Below, one piece after another: positions 9,261-19,922 of a stretch of DNA of 37,199 bases. Location: NCBI GenBank assembly GCA_043771335.1, contig JAYVHM010000015.1, positions 1 to 37,199 of the forward strand, written 5' to 3'. Below the pieces are notes generated by a model that saw only the letters and a list, made by a program, of their open reading frames with translations, was not told the origin of the DNA and made no database searches. A program made the translations under genes and the position numbers. The stretch is from a bacterium (GTDB lineage: Bacteria; Patescibacteriota; Minisyncoccia; Phycocordibacterales; UBA5272). Position 1 is the first letter of the stretch, and every line of letters starts with the position of its first letter.

Positions 9261-9854
9261 ATGCAAAATAACTTATATACACAAAAAGATTTTACACATT
9301 TACTTGGTCTTGCTGGCTTTTCAGACACTATGATTACTAATCATCTTACTCTGTATGCTGGTTATGTCACGAACGCTAACAAAGTAATAGGACTACTCGA
9401 TACAGTAGAAAAAGGTGGCTACGAATACGGAGAATTGAAGAGAAGGCTCGGCTGGGAAGTAAATGGTATTAAGTTACATGAAATGTATTTTGAGAATATG
9501 TGTAATCAGAACTCTGGTCAAAAAGAAAGTTCTAGTTTTGAAAATAATGAAAAGATAAAATCTGAAATATTAGAAGCTTATGGGAGTTTTGATGAATACA
9601 AATCTAGTCTCAAGAGAAATGGCATGACACGCGGTATCGGCTGGGTGCTTTTGATAAAAGATAATGATACCAATAAAGTATTTCATACTTGGGTGGGTGA
9701 GCATAATGTGGGTAATATTATAAACGCCAAAATATTAATGGTGATGGATTGCTGGGAACATGCCTACATTACTGATTATGGCATCAAGCGCGCAGATTAT
9801 ATAGAGTCTTTTACAAATGCTATAGATTGGAAAATCGTAGAGAGTAGATTATAA
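9261..9854 (+). CDS. Fe/Mn superoxide dismutase
   Basis: NHLTLYAGYV, LHEMYF and DCWEHAY carry the four metal ligands; metal specificity not assigned. Confidence 0.9.
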   Translation: MQNNLYTQKDFTHLLGLAGFSDTMITNHLTLYAGYVTNANKVIGLLDTVEKGGYEYGELKRRLGWEVNGIKLHEMYFENMCNQNSGQKESSSFENNEKIKSEILEAYGSFDEYKSSLKRNGMTRGIGWVLLIKDNDTNKVFHTWVGEHNVGNIINAKILMVMDCWEHAYITDYGIKRADYIESFTNAIDWKIVESRL

Positions 9855-9949
9855 TACATAAAATACCAAAGCAAATATTGGTTAAATATTTGACAAAAAG
9901 CTATATTTTGCTATATTTAAAATAAGAGAAATAAAAACAAGAACAAACT

Positions 9950-12655
9950 ATGCAACAATTTAACAATTTTACAACAAAGTCAAAAGATGCTATCAGACGT
10001 GCACACGAGATATCAGCCGAGCGTGGCCAGCAAAATGTAACGCCATTACACATGATGGCGTCACTACTCGCTTATGAGGATAGTATAGTCTATTCTATTT
10101 TAGATAAAATGGAGATAGATACTATACTTTTTAATGACACTATATTAGACGCAATAGAAGTTCCAAATGGTGGTGCGACTATGGCTCCATCTTATCAGAT
10201 GTTTTTAACTATAGAGCTGGCTCAAGCATTTGAACGTGCTGTAAATGTAGCCCAGATGACTCATGATGAATTCGTAGCGCCTGAGCATATATTCATATCT
10301 CTCTTGGATTGTTCTGGGGCATTAAAAGAAATAATCACAAGATTTAGAATAGACCGTGATGCAGTGATGTCGGTATTACAAAATGCTCGCACTCAAAATA
10401 TTTCTCAAAATGGCGGACTAAAGAAAAATAAAACAGTTACAAAGTATACTAGAAGTTTTACTGACTTGGCACGTGAGGACAAATTAGACCCAGTTATTGG
10501 TCGTGATGTTGAAATCATGAGATTGATGCAAATACTTTCAAGACGCACAAAAAATAATCCCATATTAATAGGTGAGGCCGGTACTGGTAAGACAGCAGTT
10601 GTAGAAGGTCTTGCGATTAGGATTGCAAAAGGTGATGTGCCTGAAACTTTAAAAGATAAAGAATTGGTAGCTCTTGACCTTGGTATGTTAATAGCTGGGA
10701 CAAAGTATAGAGGAGAATTTGAAGATAGATTAAAAAACATAATGAAAGAGATAGAGCAGAGTAAAGGAAAAATTATTCTATTCATAGACGAACTCCACAC
10801 TATAGTAGGTGCTGGTGCAGCTGAGGGGGCAGCTGATGCGGCGAACCTGTTAAAGCCAGCACTTAGTCGTGGTGAGATTAGGGCCATAGGAGCGACTACT
10901 CTTAATGAATATCAAAAACATATAGAAAAGGATCCGGCCCTCGCCAGAAGATTCCAACCGATAGTAATAGAAGAACCAAACACTGATGATGCTATAGCTA
11001 TACTTCGTGGCTTAAAAGAAAAATATGAAATATTTCACGGTGTTCGCATCAGTGATGAGGCCATAGTTGCTAGTGTCAACTTATCTACAAGGTATATTAC
11101 TAATAGATTTTTACCAGACAAGGCCATAGACCTCATAGACGAGGCTGCTAGCACCATGCGTATAGCTCTTGAGAATAAGCCAGCTGAACTTGACAGTGCT
11201 CACAGGAAAATACAAAGACTAGAAATAGAGCGTGCAGCATTACAAAAAGAGCTATTGGCACATCTCGGTGAAAAAAGTATTTCAGATAAAAAAATATTAG
11301 ATCTAAAAATAGAAAATAGATTATCAGAAATAGATATAGAAATAGCTGACATACAAGATAAAGTAAAAGATTTAGAAGTTAGATACAATACTGAAAAAGA
11401 ATTAGTGGTTAGTATGCGTACCCTAAAAAAAGAGATAGAAGAGCTGCGTATACAGTCTGATAATTTACAATTACGTGCTGACTTAGCGGCGGTAGCTGAG
11501 ATAAGATATGTGAAAATACCAAAGTTGGAAATAAATTTAATGGAAGTAAATACTAGATTATCTAAACTTCAAAAATCAAGACGTGTATTAAAAGAAGAGA
11601 TAACCAGTGAAGACATCGCAGGAGTAGTAGCTCGCACTACAGGTATACCATTGCAGAGAATGTTACAAGAAGAGCAAGAAAAACTTTTGAATATGGAAAA
11701 TTATTTGAAAGCAAATGTAATAGGCCAAGACGAGGCCATATTAAAAGTTTGTGACGCTGTCAGACGCTCACGTGTAGGCATATCAGATCCTAATAGACCG
11801 ATAGGCTCATTCCTGTTCCTGGGTCCAACTGGAGTAGGTAAGACAGAGCTGACAAAGTCCCTGGCTAACTTTATGTTCAATGATGAAAAAGCTTTGATAA
11901 AAATAGACATGAGTGAGTATATGGAAAAGCATAGCATATCAAAACTAATAGGTAGTCCAGCAGGATATGTTGGCTATGACGAGTCTGGGTTTTTGACTGA
12001 GGCAGTAAAGCATAGACCTTACGCTGTTATACTTTTTGATGAAGTTGAAAAAGCTCATCCAGATGTCTTTAATTTACTTTTGCAAGTATTAGACGAAGGA
12101 AAATTAACAGATAATAAAGGACGTGTCGCTAACTTTAAAAACACTATTATAATCATGACTAGTAATATAGGCAGTCAATACATACAGAAAATGCAAGGTT
12201 TTGGATTCTCTAATAATCATGCAGGTAATGAGTATAATAATGTAAAAGAAAAAGTTTCTGACTCACTAAAAGACTTCTTTAAGCCAGAGTTCTTAAATAG
12301 ATTAGATGATATTATTATTTTTGATATTTTAACAAAAGAAAATATAGAAAAAATAGTTAAGATGCAAATCATAGAAATAGAAAAAAGATTAGCTGAAAAA
12401 GACATTACTATAAATGTAACAGAAGAAGCTGTAAGCTTAATCGCTGAGAAATCATATGATCCAAAATTTGGAGCGAGACCAATAAGAAGATATATGCAGA
12501 CAAATATATTAAATAAAATAGCTAGCCAAATCATAAATGGTATCTACCTTAAAGGTGGTAACGTAGAAGTTTCAGTAAAAAATAATGAATTGATGGTCTT
12601 AAACAAAAAGAGAAGCAAGACCATACAATTAGAAAAACTCCATGAACATAAATAG
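9950..12655 (+). CDS. clpB: ATP-dependent chaperone ClpB
   Basis: Two AAA+ modules ([16 protein letters not shown]), LDPVIGRD, long coiled-coil middle domain, FGARP. Confidence 0.93.
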   Translation: MQQFNNFTTKSKDAIRRAHEISAERGQQNVTPLHMMASLLAYEDSIVYSILDKMEIDTILFNDTILDAIEVPNGGATMAPSYQMFLTIELAQAFERAVNVAQMTHDEFVAPEHIFISLLDCSGALKEIITRFRIDRDAVMSVLQNARTQNISQNGGLKKNKTVTKYTRSFTDLAREDKLDPVIGRDVEIMRLMQILSRRTKNNPILIGEAGTGKTAVVEGLAIRIAKGDVPETLKDKELVALDLGMLIAGTKYRGEFEDRLKNIMKEIEQSKGKIILFIDELHTIVGAGAAEGAADAANLLKPALSRGEIRAIGATTLNEYQKHIEKDPALARRFQPIVIEEPNTDDAIAILRGLKEKYEIFHGVRISDEAIVASVNLSTRYITNRFLPDKAIDLIDEAASTMRIALENKPAELDSAHRKIQRLEIERAALQKELLAHLGEKSISDKKILDLKIENRLSEIDIEIADIQDKVKDLEVRYNTEKELVVSMRTLKKEIEELRIQSDNLQLRADLAAVAEIRYVKIPKLEINLMEVNTRLSKLQKSRRVLKEEITSEDIAGVVARTTGIPLQRMLQEEQEKLLNMENYLKANVIGQDEAILKVCDAVRRSRVGISDPNRPIGSFLFLGPTGVGKTELTKSLANFMFNDEKALIKIDMSEYMEKHSISKLIGSPAGYVGYDESGFLTEAVKHRPYAVILFDEVEKAHPDVFNLLLQVLDEGKLTDNKGRVANFKNTIIIMTSNIGSQYIQKMQGFGFSNNHAGNEYNNVKEKVSDSLKDFFKPEFLNRLDDIIIFDILTKENIEKIVKMQIIEIEKRLAEKDITINVTEEAVSLIAEKSYDPKFGARPIRRYMQTNILNKIASQIINGIYLKGGNVEVSVKNNELMVLNKKRSKTIQLEKLHEHK

Positions 12656-14198
12656 AGTTAAGGTTCTAAACAATGTTAATGCAGAATATACAGAAAACAA
12701 AATAGAACAAAAAGTTACTAGCAGTGGAAATGTGTTATACAAAATGTCTCGTGAACATCGAGTAGAGAATAACTGGTCACTAATATACGCGCAAAAGTTA
12801 GCTATTGAAAATGAGGCTAAGCTTTTTGTAATCTATACTCATTATGATAAAAAATGGGAATGCATAACACGTACTGTAGATTTCATTCTTGATAATTTAA
12901 AATTAGTGCAAAAAGGTTTATTTGATAAAAATATTTCTTTTGAGTATGTAAATATAAGTCACAGAGTTGGTGCGAATAAAGAAAATAACACTAGTAAGTT
13001 TTTAACTGATTATTGTAAAGAAAATAATATAAACTCTGTCGTTACAGATATGACTCCGCAAAGAGAGCAAAATATTTGGCAAGAGAGTTTTTTAGGAAAT
13101 GAAGAAAATAAAGATATATCATTACATATTGTTGATGCTCATAATGTTATACCAGTTTGGATTACTAGTGACAAGCAGGAATTTGCAGCCAGAACAATAA
13201 GAACAAAGATATATAAGAAAATAGAAAGCTTTATAATTGGAGATGAAAACAAATACATAAAAATAAATAAACATACAGATAATGATGAAAAGTATGTGAA
13301 AAATATTTTTAAAAATACTGATTGGGTTAAAATTAAAAAAGATTTTAAATGCATAGAAAGTGTAGAAGTTTTTAAAGAAACTAATTTTCTAACAGGTGAG
13401 TCAGAAGCTAAAAAAAGATTAGAAATATTTTTAAAAGACAGGCTAGAAAATTATGATATAGATAGGAATGTAGCTACATTACGCGGCCAGTCTGATCTAT
13501 CACCATATATAACTCTTGGCATGCTAAGTAAGCAAGAAGTTTTTAATACCATTTTGGAAAAGTATAAATTAAAAGTTAATGATGTGTTGGACCCAGAGAA
13601 AAATGGATCAGGTGATGCAGTGATGGAGAACAGAACCGGGCTAGACGATAGATTATTAAAAAGCATAAGAGCATTCGTAGAGGAGTTAGTAATAAGGGGA
13701 GATCTTACAGATAATTATGTCTATTATAATTCTGATTATGATAATTTTTATGGTCTCGCTGACTGGGCAAAACTCTCTCTTCAAAAAGGAAGAAGTGATA
13801 AGAGAGAGTATATTTATGATTTAGAAGATTTTGAAAAAGCAAATACCCATGACACGCTTTGGAATGCTGCGCAGAATGAGATGATAAGAAGTGGGAAAAT
13901 GCATGGTTACATGCGCATGTATTGGGCAAAGAAAATATTAGAGTGGACAAAAAATCCAGAAGAGGCAATAAAGATTGCTGTGTATGTAAATGATAAATAT
14001 AATCTTGATGGTTGGTGTCCTAATGGTTTTGCGGGCATACTTTGGAGTATTGGAGGACTGCATGATAGGGCGTGGTTCCCGAGACCAGTCTATAACACCA
14101 TACGTTATATGGCTGTTTCTGGATGTCAGAAGAAGTTTAACATAGAAGAATATAAAAATAAATGGAATACAAATCAAGATAAGAATAAGCTCTTCTAA
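12642..14198 (+). CDS. phrB: Class II CPD DNA photolyase
   Basis: [46 protein letters not shown]; overlaps clpB by 14 nt. Confidence 0.92.
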   Translation: MNINRVKVLNNVNAEYTENKIEQKVTSSGNVLYKMSREHRVENNWSLIYAQKLAIENEAKLFVIYTHYDKKWECITRTVDFILDNLKLVQKGLFDKNISFEYVNISHRVGANKENNTSKFLTDYCKENNINSVVTDMTPQREQNIWQESFLGNEENKDISLHIVDAHNVIPVWITSDKQEFAARTIRTKIYKKIESFIIGDENKYIKINKHTDNDEKYVKNIFKNTDWVKIKKDFKCIESVEVFKETNFLTGESEAKKRLEIFLKDRLENYDIDRNVATLRGQSDLSPYITLGMLSKQEVFNTILEKYKLKVNDVLDPEKNGSGDAVMENRTGLDDRLLKSIRAFVEELVIRGDLTDNYVYYNSDYDNFYGLADWAKLSLQKGRSDKREYIYDLEDFEKANTHDTLWNAAQNEMIRSGKMHGYMRMYWAKKILEWTKNPEEAIKIAVYVNDKYNLDGWCPNGFAGILWSIGGLHDRAWFPRPVYNTIRYMAVSGCQKKFNIEEYKNKWNTNQDKNKLF

Positions 14199-14251
14199 GT
14201 TATTTAAATGTTTTCTAATTTTTATGATATAATATATTATATAAAAATCAT

Positions 14252-14935
14252 ATGCAAAATCATAATCATAAAGAAAATATATTTTCTAAAATCTTTTCTT
14301 TTACAAATATAATTATATTATTAGTTCTGACTTTAGTAACTTTTTTTGTTTGGAACAAAACAGAAGCAGTTAAAAAAGAGTCTATGCCAGTAGTTGTAAA
14401 TATAAATGAGAGAGACCACCGTATCGGTAATCCAAATGCAAAAGTCACTATCATCGAGTATGCTGATTTACAGTGTCCTGCATGTCGTGCTTTTGAAGGA
14501 GTTACTGGTCCCATTATCGCAGAGTATTCTGATAAGATAAACTTTGTATTCAAACATTTTCCACTAACACAAATACATCAAAATGCAATGTTCGCTGCTA
14601 TATCAACCGAAGCTGCTAGCAAGCAAGGTAAATTCTGGGAGATGAAAAAACTAGTTTATGAAAAACAAGAAGAGTGGTCAAGCTCATTAGATGTAAAGAC
14701 AAAGTTCATATCATATGCTGCTAGTATAGGATTAGACGTTCAAAAGTTCGAAGCTGATTTATCTGACAAGACACTAGAAGAGAATGTGTTAACCAGCCTA
14801 AAAGAAGCTAATGCATTATCATTGTCCGGTACACCAACATTCATAATTAACGGTAAGAGAGTAGAAACAAGTGAGATAGGTTCAGTAGAAAAATTAAAAG
14901 CCTATATAGACAAAGAGTTAGAATTAACAAAATAA
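14252..14935 (+). CDS. Membrane-anchored DsbA-family thiol-disulfide oxidoreductase
   Basis: EYADLQCPAC, FKHFPL, GTPTF; N-terminal TM helix. Confidence 0.9.
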   Translation: MQNHNHKENIFSKIFSFTNIIILLVLTLVTFFVWNKTEAVKKESMPVVVNINERDHRIGNPNAKVTIIEYADLQCPACRAFEGVTGPIIAEYSDKINFVFKHFPLTQIHQNAMFAAISTEAASKQGKFWEMKKLVYEKQEEWSSSLDVKTKFISYAASIGLDVQKFEADLSDKTLEENVLTSLKEANALSLSGTPTFIINGKRVETSEIGSVEKLKAYIDKELELTK

Positions 14936-14961
14936 TAAATTAAAATATAATATAAAAATAT

Positions 14962-15252
14962 ATGAGTATAATCAAAGATTTCTTTTTAAAGAATGCAGCC
15001 AAATTCGGAACACGTAATCTGCCAAAAGATCAACAAGAGATGATAATGAATATAGTAGAAAAGAATCCTTCTCTATTTGAAAAAATAGCTACAGAAACAA
15101 AAGCATTAACCGATGCAGGTAAACCAGAAATGTATGCCACTTTTGAAGTTATGCAAAAATATCAAAAAGAATTACAAGGGGTAATGGCAGGTGAGGACCA
15201 GAACAAGCTAAAAGAAATGGCTGACACAGTAATGAAAGACGCAGAAAAATAA
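14962..15252 (+). CDS. Hypothetical helical protein
   Basis: 96-aa ORF with core-like composition, followed by a terminator. Confidence 0.75.
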   Translation: MSIIKDFFLKNAAKFGTRNLPKDQQEMIMNIVEKNPSLFEKIATETKALTDAGKPEMYATFEVMQKYQKELQGVMAGEDQNKLKEMADTVMKDAEK

Positions 15253-15261
15253 TAAGTATAT

Positions 15262-15298
15262 TAAAAATAAAATGCACATCTTGTGCATTTTATTTTTA
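15262..15298 (+). terminator. Intrinsic terminator
   Basis: TAAAAATAAAATGCACA-tct-TGTGCATTTTATTTTTA perfect inverted repeat. Confidence 0.8.
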
Positions 15299-15348
15299 TG
15301 TGTTTTTATGCTATAATACTCTTAAGAAAATAAATATAAAATAAAGAT

Positions 15349-16476
15349 ATGAAATTAAGTATAGGAATAGTAGGACTACCAAACGTGGGAAAATCAACAA
15401 TGTTTAATGCATTAACTAAAAATAGTGTGCCAGCTGAGAATTACCCATTTTGTACCATTGACCCATCTGTAGGAATTGTCGAGGTTCCTGATCAGAGACT
15501 CTGGGACCTGTCAATATTATCACAAACAAAAAAGACAGTTCCGGCCGTAGTTGAGTTCGTTGACATTGCAGGACTTGTAAAGGGAGCAAGCACTGGTGAA
15601 GGGCTAGGTAATAAGTTTTTATCTCATATACGCGAGACTGACGCAATTGCTGAGGTGGTGCGTATTTTTGAAGATGAAAAAGTAATGCATGTTAATGATA
15701 AAGTTGACCCTCTTTTTGATATAGAAGTTATTAATTATGAGCTCATGGCAGCTGACATAGAGACTTGTAAAAATAGAAAAGCAAATATACAAAAAGATGT
15801 AAAAAAGGGTGATAAGAAATTTATTATGTTAGACACATTAATAGATAAACTTTTATCTAATCTTGAATCTGATAGACTTGTATCACAAATGTATCAGTAT
15901 AAAGCAAATGGTGACATAGAAAACTTTTCAGAAGAAGAAATCAAAGAAATAAAAATGCTGAACCTAATAACGGCTAAAAAGTTTTTATATGTATTAAATA
16001 AAAAAGCAGGAGGAAAGAATCTGGACGAAATCAATGATCCGAGATTCATAGCGCTAATAGATTTTCTAAATAAAAATAATTTTGAATATGTAACAATAGA
16101 CGCAAAGATAGAAGATGAGTTAAAAGATTTTGAAGGAGAAGAAAAAGAGATGATGCGTGGAGAGCTGGGAGGTAAAAGCGATGGCATAAAAGATCTTATA
16201 GTTGGTGGTTATAAGATGCTTGGCCTTGAGACTTACTTTACAACAGGAGTGGAGGAGACTCGTGGCTGGACTGTAAAAAAGGGTAGCACAGCGCCTGTAG
16301 CAGGGCAGGCGATACATAATGACTTTAAGGATAAGTTCATACGCGCCCAAGTCGTTGATTGTAAGACTCTTCTAGAGTTAGGATCTTTTGCAAAGTGTAA
16401 AGAAACTGGAAAACTTAGAATGGAAGGAAAAGAATATATAGTAAAAGATGGTGACGTGATAGAGTTTTTTGTGTAG
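15349..16476 (+). CDS. ychF: Ribosome-binding ATPase YchF
   Basis: GLPNVGKST, NYPFCTIDP, VDIAGLVKGAS, EGKEYIVKDGD. Confidence 0.96.
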   Translation: MKLSIGIVGLPNVGKSTMFNALTKNSVPAENYPFCTIDPSVGIVEVPDQRLWDLSILSQTKKTVPAVVEFVDIAGLVKGASTGEGLGNKFLSHIRETDAIAEVVRIFEDEKVMHVNDKVDPLFDIEVINYELMAADIETCKNRKANIQKDVKKGDKKFIMLDTLIDKLLSNLESDRLVSQMYQYKANGDIENFSEEEIKEIKMLNLITAKKFLYVLNKKAGGKNLDEINDPRFIALIDFLNKNNFEYVTIDAKIEDELKDFEGEEKEMMRGELGGKSDGIKDLIVGGYKMLGLETYFTTGVEETRGWTVKKGSTAPVAGQAIHNDFKDKFIRAQVVDCKTLLELGSFAKCKETGKLRMEGKEYIVKDGDVIEFFV

Positions 16477-16510
16477 TAAAAAAGTACAATAAATAATTAT
16501 AAAAAACAAC

Positions 16511-16562
16511 AAAATAAAATAGCTACAAAATATATTTTATATTTTGTAGCTATTATTTTTTA
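16511..16562. terminator. Bidirectional terminator, paralogous to 17003-17047
   Basis: AATAGCTACAAAATAT...ATATTTTGTAGCTATT flanked by A/T tracts. Confidence 0.8.
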
Positions 16563-16998
16563 AGAACAATTTCTCCCTGCTTCAGAAAGTCTTCTATTCA
16601 ATTCTTTATCCATCAACTTTTTGTCATATTTAGAAGGATCATAAAGTTCTAAGCTGTGAAAACTTCCTACACTATTAGCTCTAAAGAGATCTACGAATTC
16701 TGGGTCAGTATTTACTAATACTTTCAAAGCTTCATATTCTCTAATCTTTAAAAGTCTTCCATAATTAGTTCCAGAATATCCAGAATTATTAGGAGACATA
16801 TGATGCATATTTGGTAATAAGTCATCGAAAACTTTATATTTTAACGATGAAGGACCATCTCGCCCCACCTCTTCAACAACAGTTTTTATAAAACCAATTT
16901 GCCTACCACCATTACTGTCATGCGAATAGCCCAAGACCTCAACATACACTTCCTCATCTTTTGCAAAGTGATTAGCGGGGCGGAGATTCGGGAAAATA
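16560..16998 (-). pseudogene. 5'-truncated paralog of 17057-17731
   Basis: FPNLRPANHF..EEVYV..GFIKTV..FDDL..LFRANSVG.F..LELYD aligns with residues ~87-end of the neighbour. The only start near the homology boundary (GTG 17018) lies inside a terminator stem; no promoter or SD. Confidence 0.7.
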
Positions 16999-17002
16999 AT
17001 AT

Positions 17003-17047
17003 AAAATAAAATAGCCACAAAATATATTTTGTGGCTATTGTTTTTTT
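17003..17047 (-). terminator. Intrinsic terminator of 17057-17731
   Basis: AATAGCCACAAAAT-at-ATTTTGTGGCTATT with T-tracts. Confidence 0.8.
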
Positions 17048-17056
17048 AATTAATCT

Positions 17057-17731
17057 CTACATCTCATTATGAGAGTAAGTATTGTCTACTTTTTTAACTT
17101 TTGTATGTTTACTAACATCATATAATTCCAAGTTTTGAAATTGTCCTACAGAATTTGCTCGAAATAAATCTAAAAACTCCAAAGAAGTTTTATTTCTATC
17201 TTGCAATGCTTCAAGTTCGTTAATTTTCAAAATTCTCCCAGCATTATTGGATGTGTGCCCACTAGAATTACCGACAGACAAGTGGTGTCCATCAGGTAAA
17301 TCATCAAAAGTTTTTAACTTTAAAAATGGAGAGTCTATTTTCTTATGTTCGATAACCGTTTTTATAAAGCCTAATTCTTTGTAATCTCCCTGCTTTCCAG
17401 AAGAGAAATCAGCGACCATAACATACACTTCCTCACCCACCGCGAAGTGATTTTGCGGACGGAAATTTGGAAAATATACAGAATGACCAGAGTCACTTGG
17501 TAAAAACTCCATAATGGTATCAGTTAAAAATTTTGCAATCTGTCTATCGTGTTCATTTTTGTACTGGGCATCTTTTATGAGGCTGTATAAAAAAGACAGA
17601 TTCAGATAACCGACATTGGCTATGTGGTGATTTCTTAGGTGCAGGTCCAAATCATGTCTTTTTGCTACTCCTTCTAAGAGTAGATTGACGAATGGTTTTT
17701 GATTTTCATTTGTATGCATTTCTGTAAGCAT
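17057..17731 (-). CDS. Hypothetical protein (full-length member of a tandem paralog pair)
   Basis: 224-aa ORF with AAGGAAG SD-like motif, own promoter and terminator; the adjacent paralog supports coding. Confidence 0.8.
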   Translation of the reverse strand: MLTEMHTNENQKPFVNLLLEGVAKRHDLDLHLRNHHIANVGYLNLSFLYSLIKDAQYKNEHDRQIAKFLTDTIMEFLPSDSGHSVYFPNFRPQNHFAVGEEVYVMVADFSSGKQGDYKELGFIKTVIEHKKIDSPFLKLKTFDDLPDGHHLSVGNSSGHTSNNAGRILKINELEALQDRNKTSLEFLDLFRANSVGQFQNLELYDVSKHTKVKKVDNTYSHNEM

Positions 17732-17736
17732 TTTTA

Positions 17737-17813
17737 CTTCCTTTAAAAGATCAAAACTAGGAGACGCCTAGTACGTATAAGCATATACTACATAATTTTA
17801 AGGAATAAGTCAA
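17737..17813 (-). promoter_or_regulatory. Sigma70 promoter, leader hairpin, boxA-like motif and SD
   Basis: TTGACT 17813-17808, 17 bp, TAGTAT 17790-17785; CTAGG-cgtct-CCTAG; TGATCTTTTAAA 17753-17742; AAGGAAG. Confidence 0.65.
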
Positions 17814-17863
17814 ACAAAACAATTTTAGTCACAAAAGATAATTTAACATGTTATAATCTATAT

Positions 17864-19345
17864 ATGAACAAAATCTCTAATACTATAAATCTCATAAAAA
17901 GTTATTTTAAAAATAATTTTAAAAAGATAGCTTTGCTTTTATTATTTAGTTTTAGTCTTTTTAACTTTTCCTATGCTGCGTATGACAAAGATTTAAGGCT
18001 CAACTCTTCTGGTTTATCTGTAATAGAATTACAAGAATTTCTAATTAAAAATAATTATTTAAAAGCAAAAGCAAATGGTAATTATGGACCTGCTACACAA
18101 AAAGCTGTAAAGGATTTTCAAAAGAAGAACAAAATATCACAAACTGGTACTTTTGGACCAGCAACAAGAGCTGCTGTAAAAAAGATTTCAAAAAGCATTG
18201 TGAGTGGATTACCTTCTAGTCTTACAGATAATTCTGTAATCACAAAATCAAATGTTAATTTTTCAAAAGAAATAAAAGATATTTTAAATAAAAATTTTAC
18301 GACTGGCGTATGGGTTCCGTATTGGAGAGAGGCTAGCGGTAGTGCTGAAGTACTAAATAATTTAAATAAAATAGATATCATATCTCCATTTTCTTTTGAG
18401 ATGAGGGGTGATGGGACATTTACTGACCCGATGAAGTTAGACACCGGCGCATATGCTGACATGATAAAAATAGCCAAAGAAAACAAAAAAATAATAGTGC
18501 CAAGTATATTATGGTGGGCAACTGGCACAGGGCGTGATGAGCTCCACAGTGTTTTAAGTGAAAAAGAATCAAGATTGTCACTGATTAATGATATAAAAAT
18601 TTCTGTTAAAAAATATAATTTAGATGGTATAGATATAGACTTTGAAAATAAATTAGCAGAAAGTAGAGTGCCTTTTAATACTTTTTTGACAGAGTTAAGT
18701 AAAGAAATGCATGACATGAATAAAGTTTTAATTTGCACCATAGAGGCGAGAACTCCACTGGATTCAAAATATGCCAACCTCTCATCTGAAGAATATAAAG
18801 CTAAATTAAAAGAAGTTGATTACAGTAATGATTTTAAAACTATAGGAAAAGTATGTGACCAGGTGCGTATCATGGCTTATGATCAGCAAGACGATGATAA
18901 ACAGCTTAATAGTATAAGACAAGCTGATAATACAGCGTATAAGCCAGTAGCTGATATAGACTGGGTAGAAAAAGTCCTAACTCTTGCTATGCGTGATATA
19001 GAGTGGAAGAAAATAATAGTTGGCGTGCCGACATATGGTAACAAGTATGAGATAACTCGTGATGTTAGTGGTAAGATAAATAATTATAAAAAAATAGGAA
19101 GTATGAATTATTTTTACGCTGACGCAGAAGTAAAAGAAAAGAATTTGAAGCAAATTAGAGATAGTAGTGGCGAGCTAAGCTATACATATGTAGATATAGA
19201 CAAGTTAAAAGAATACTATGTGGTGTATAGTGATGCAGAAGCCATAGCTCAAAAAATAAATATAGCCAGATTATACAAAATAGGAGGTATAGCAATATTT
19301 AAAGTGGATGGCAATAATGATAAAAACATTTGGAATAAAATATAA
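17864..19345 (+). CDS. Secreted GH18 glycoside hydrolase with N-terminal peptidoglycan-binding domain
   Basis: Signal peptide; LQEFL..GNYGPATQKAVKDFQ..GTFGPATR (PG_binding_1-like); catalytic DGIDIDFE; IMAYD; GVPTYG. Confidence 0.88.
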   Translation: MNKISNTINLIKSYFKNNFKKIALLLLFSFSLFNFSYAAYDKDLRLNSSGLSVIELQEFLIKNNYLKAKANGNYGPATQKAVKDFQKKNKISQTGTFGPATRAAVKKISKSIVSGLPSSLTDNSVITKSNVNFSKEIKDILNKNFTTGVWVPYWREASGSAEVLNNLNKIDIISPFSFEMRGDGTFTDPMKLDTGAYADMIKIAKENKKIIVPSILWWATGTGRDELHSVLSEKESRLSLINDIKISVKKYNLDGIDIDFENKLAESRVPFNTFLTELSKEMHDMNKVLICTIEARTPLDSKYANLSSEEYKAKLKEVDYSNDFKTIGKVCDQVRIMAYDQQDDDKQLNSIRQADNTAYKPVADIDWVEKVLTLAMRDIEWKKIIVGVPTYGNKYEITRDVSGKINNYKKIGSMNYFYADAEVKEKNLKQIRDSSGELSYTYVDIDKLKEYYVVYSDAEAIAQKINIARLYKIGGIAIFKVDGNNDKNIWNKI

Positions 19346-19350
19346 AAGAG

Positions 19351-19379
19351 TTGACAAGAAATACTTTTAAGTTTATACT
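19351..19379 (+). promoter_or_regulatory. Near-consensus sigma70 promoter
   Basis: TTGACA 19351-19356, 17 bp, TATACT 19374-19379. Confidence 0.75.
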
Positions 19380-19460
19380 ATATTTGTATTCATATCATGT
19401 TAAAAAGTTGGTCTAATCATCTTGATTAGAAAACTTTATTTTCAAAAAGGAAAAATCATC

Positions 19461-19793
19461 ATGAAGTTGAAAATTTCAAATGTTCTCTTGATTATCGCGA
19501 TTAGCTTCACACTGTCATCGCCAGCTGAAGCAAAACGCTTTGGAGGTTTTAAATCAAGAGCAAAAGTCATGCGTTCATCTCCAGCACCACAACCTCCAAA
19601 AGATGTCGTAGTAAAAGATGGAACCAGTATCGGTCGCAGCTTAGCAACTGGTGCTGCGCTCGGCGTTGGTGTTGGTGTGGGAAGTGCTGCTGTTGCAGCA
19701 GTTCTAAGTCCAAGTGATCAAAAAAAGTGTACACAAAATGTAGCTTTCTTTGAGGAACACAAAGAAGCTTGCCAAGCAATTTTAGGGAAATAA
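19461..19793 (+). CDS. Small secreted protein with glycine-zipper-like segment and C-terminal Cys pair
   Basis: ATG 19461 after AAGGA; signal peptide ending AEA; GAALGVGVGVGSAAVAA; two Cys near the C-terminus. Confidence 0.75.
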   Translation: MKLKISNVLLIIAISFTLSSPAEAKRFGGFKSRAKVMRSSPAPQPPKDVVVKDGTSIGRSLATGAALGVGVGVGSAAVAAVLSPSDQKKCTQNVAFFEEHKEACQAILGK

Positions 19794-19813
19794 GAAATTA
19801 TTTCCTGCAAAAC

Positions 19814-19854
19814 AAAGCCTGATTTACTTACGAGTAAGTCAGGCTTTTTATTTT
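19814..19854 (+). terminator. Intrinsic terminator
   Basis: AAAGCCTGATTTACT-tacg-AGTAAGTCAGGCTTT followed by T-tract. Confidence 0.88.
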
Positions 19855-19922
19855 GAATATTTAAAAGTTTTTATACTTTATTTTTTTATAGATTTATGGT
19901 ATAAATAATATAAGAAACAAAT

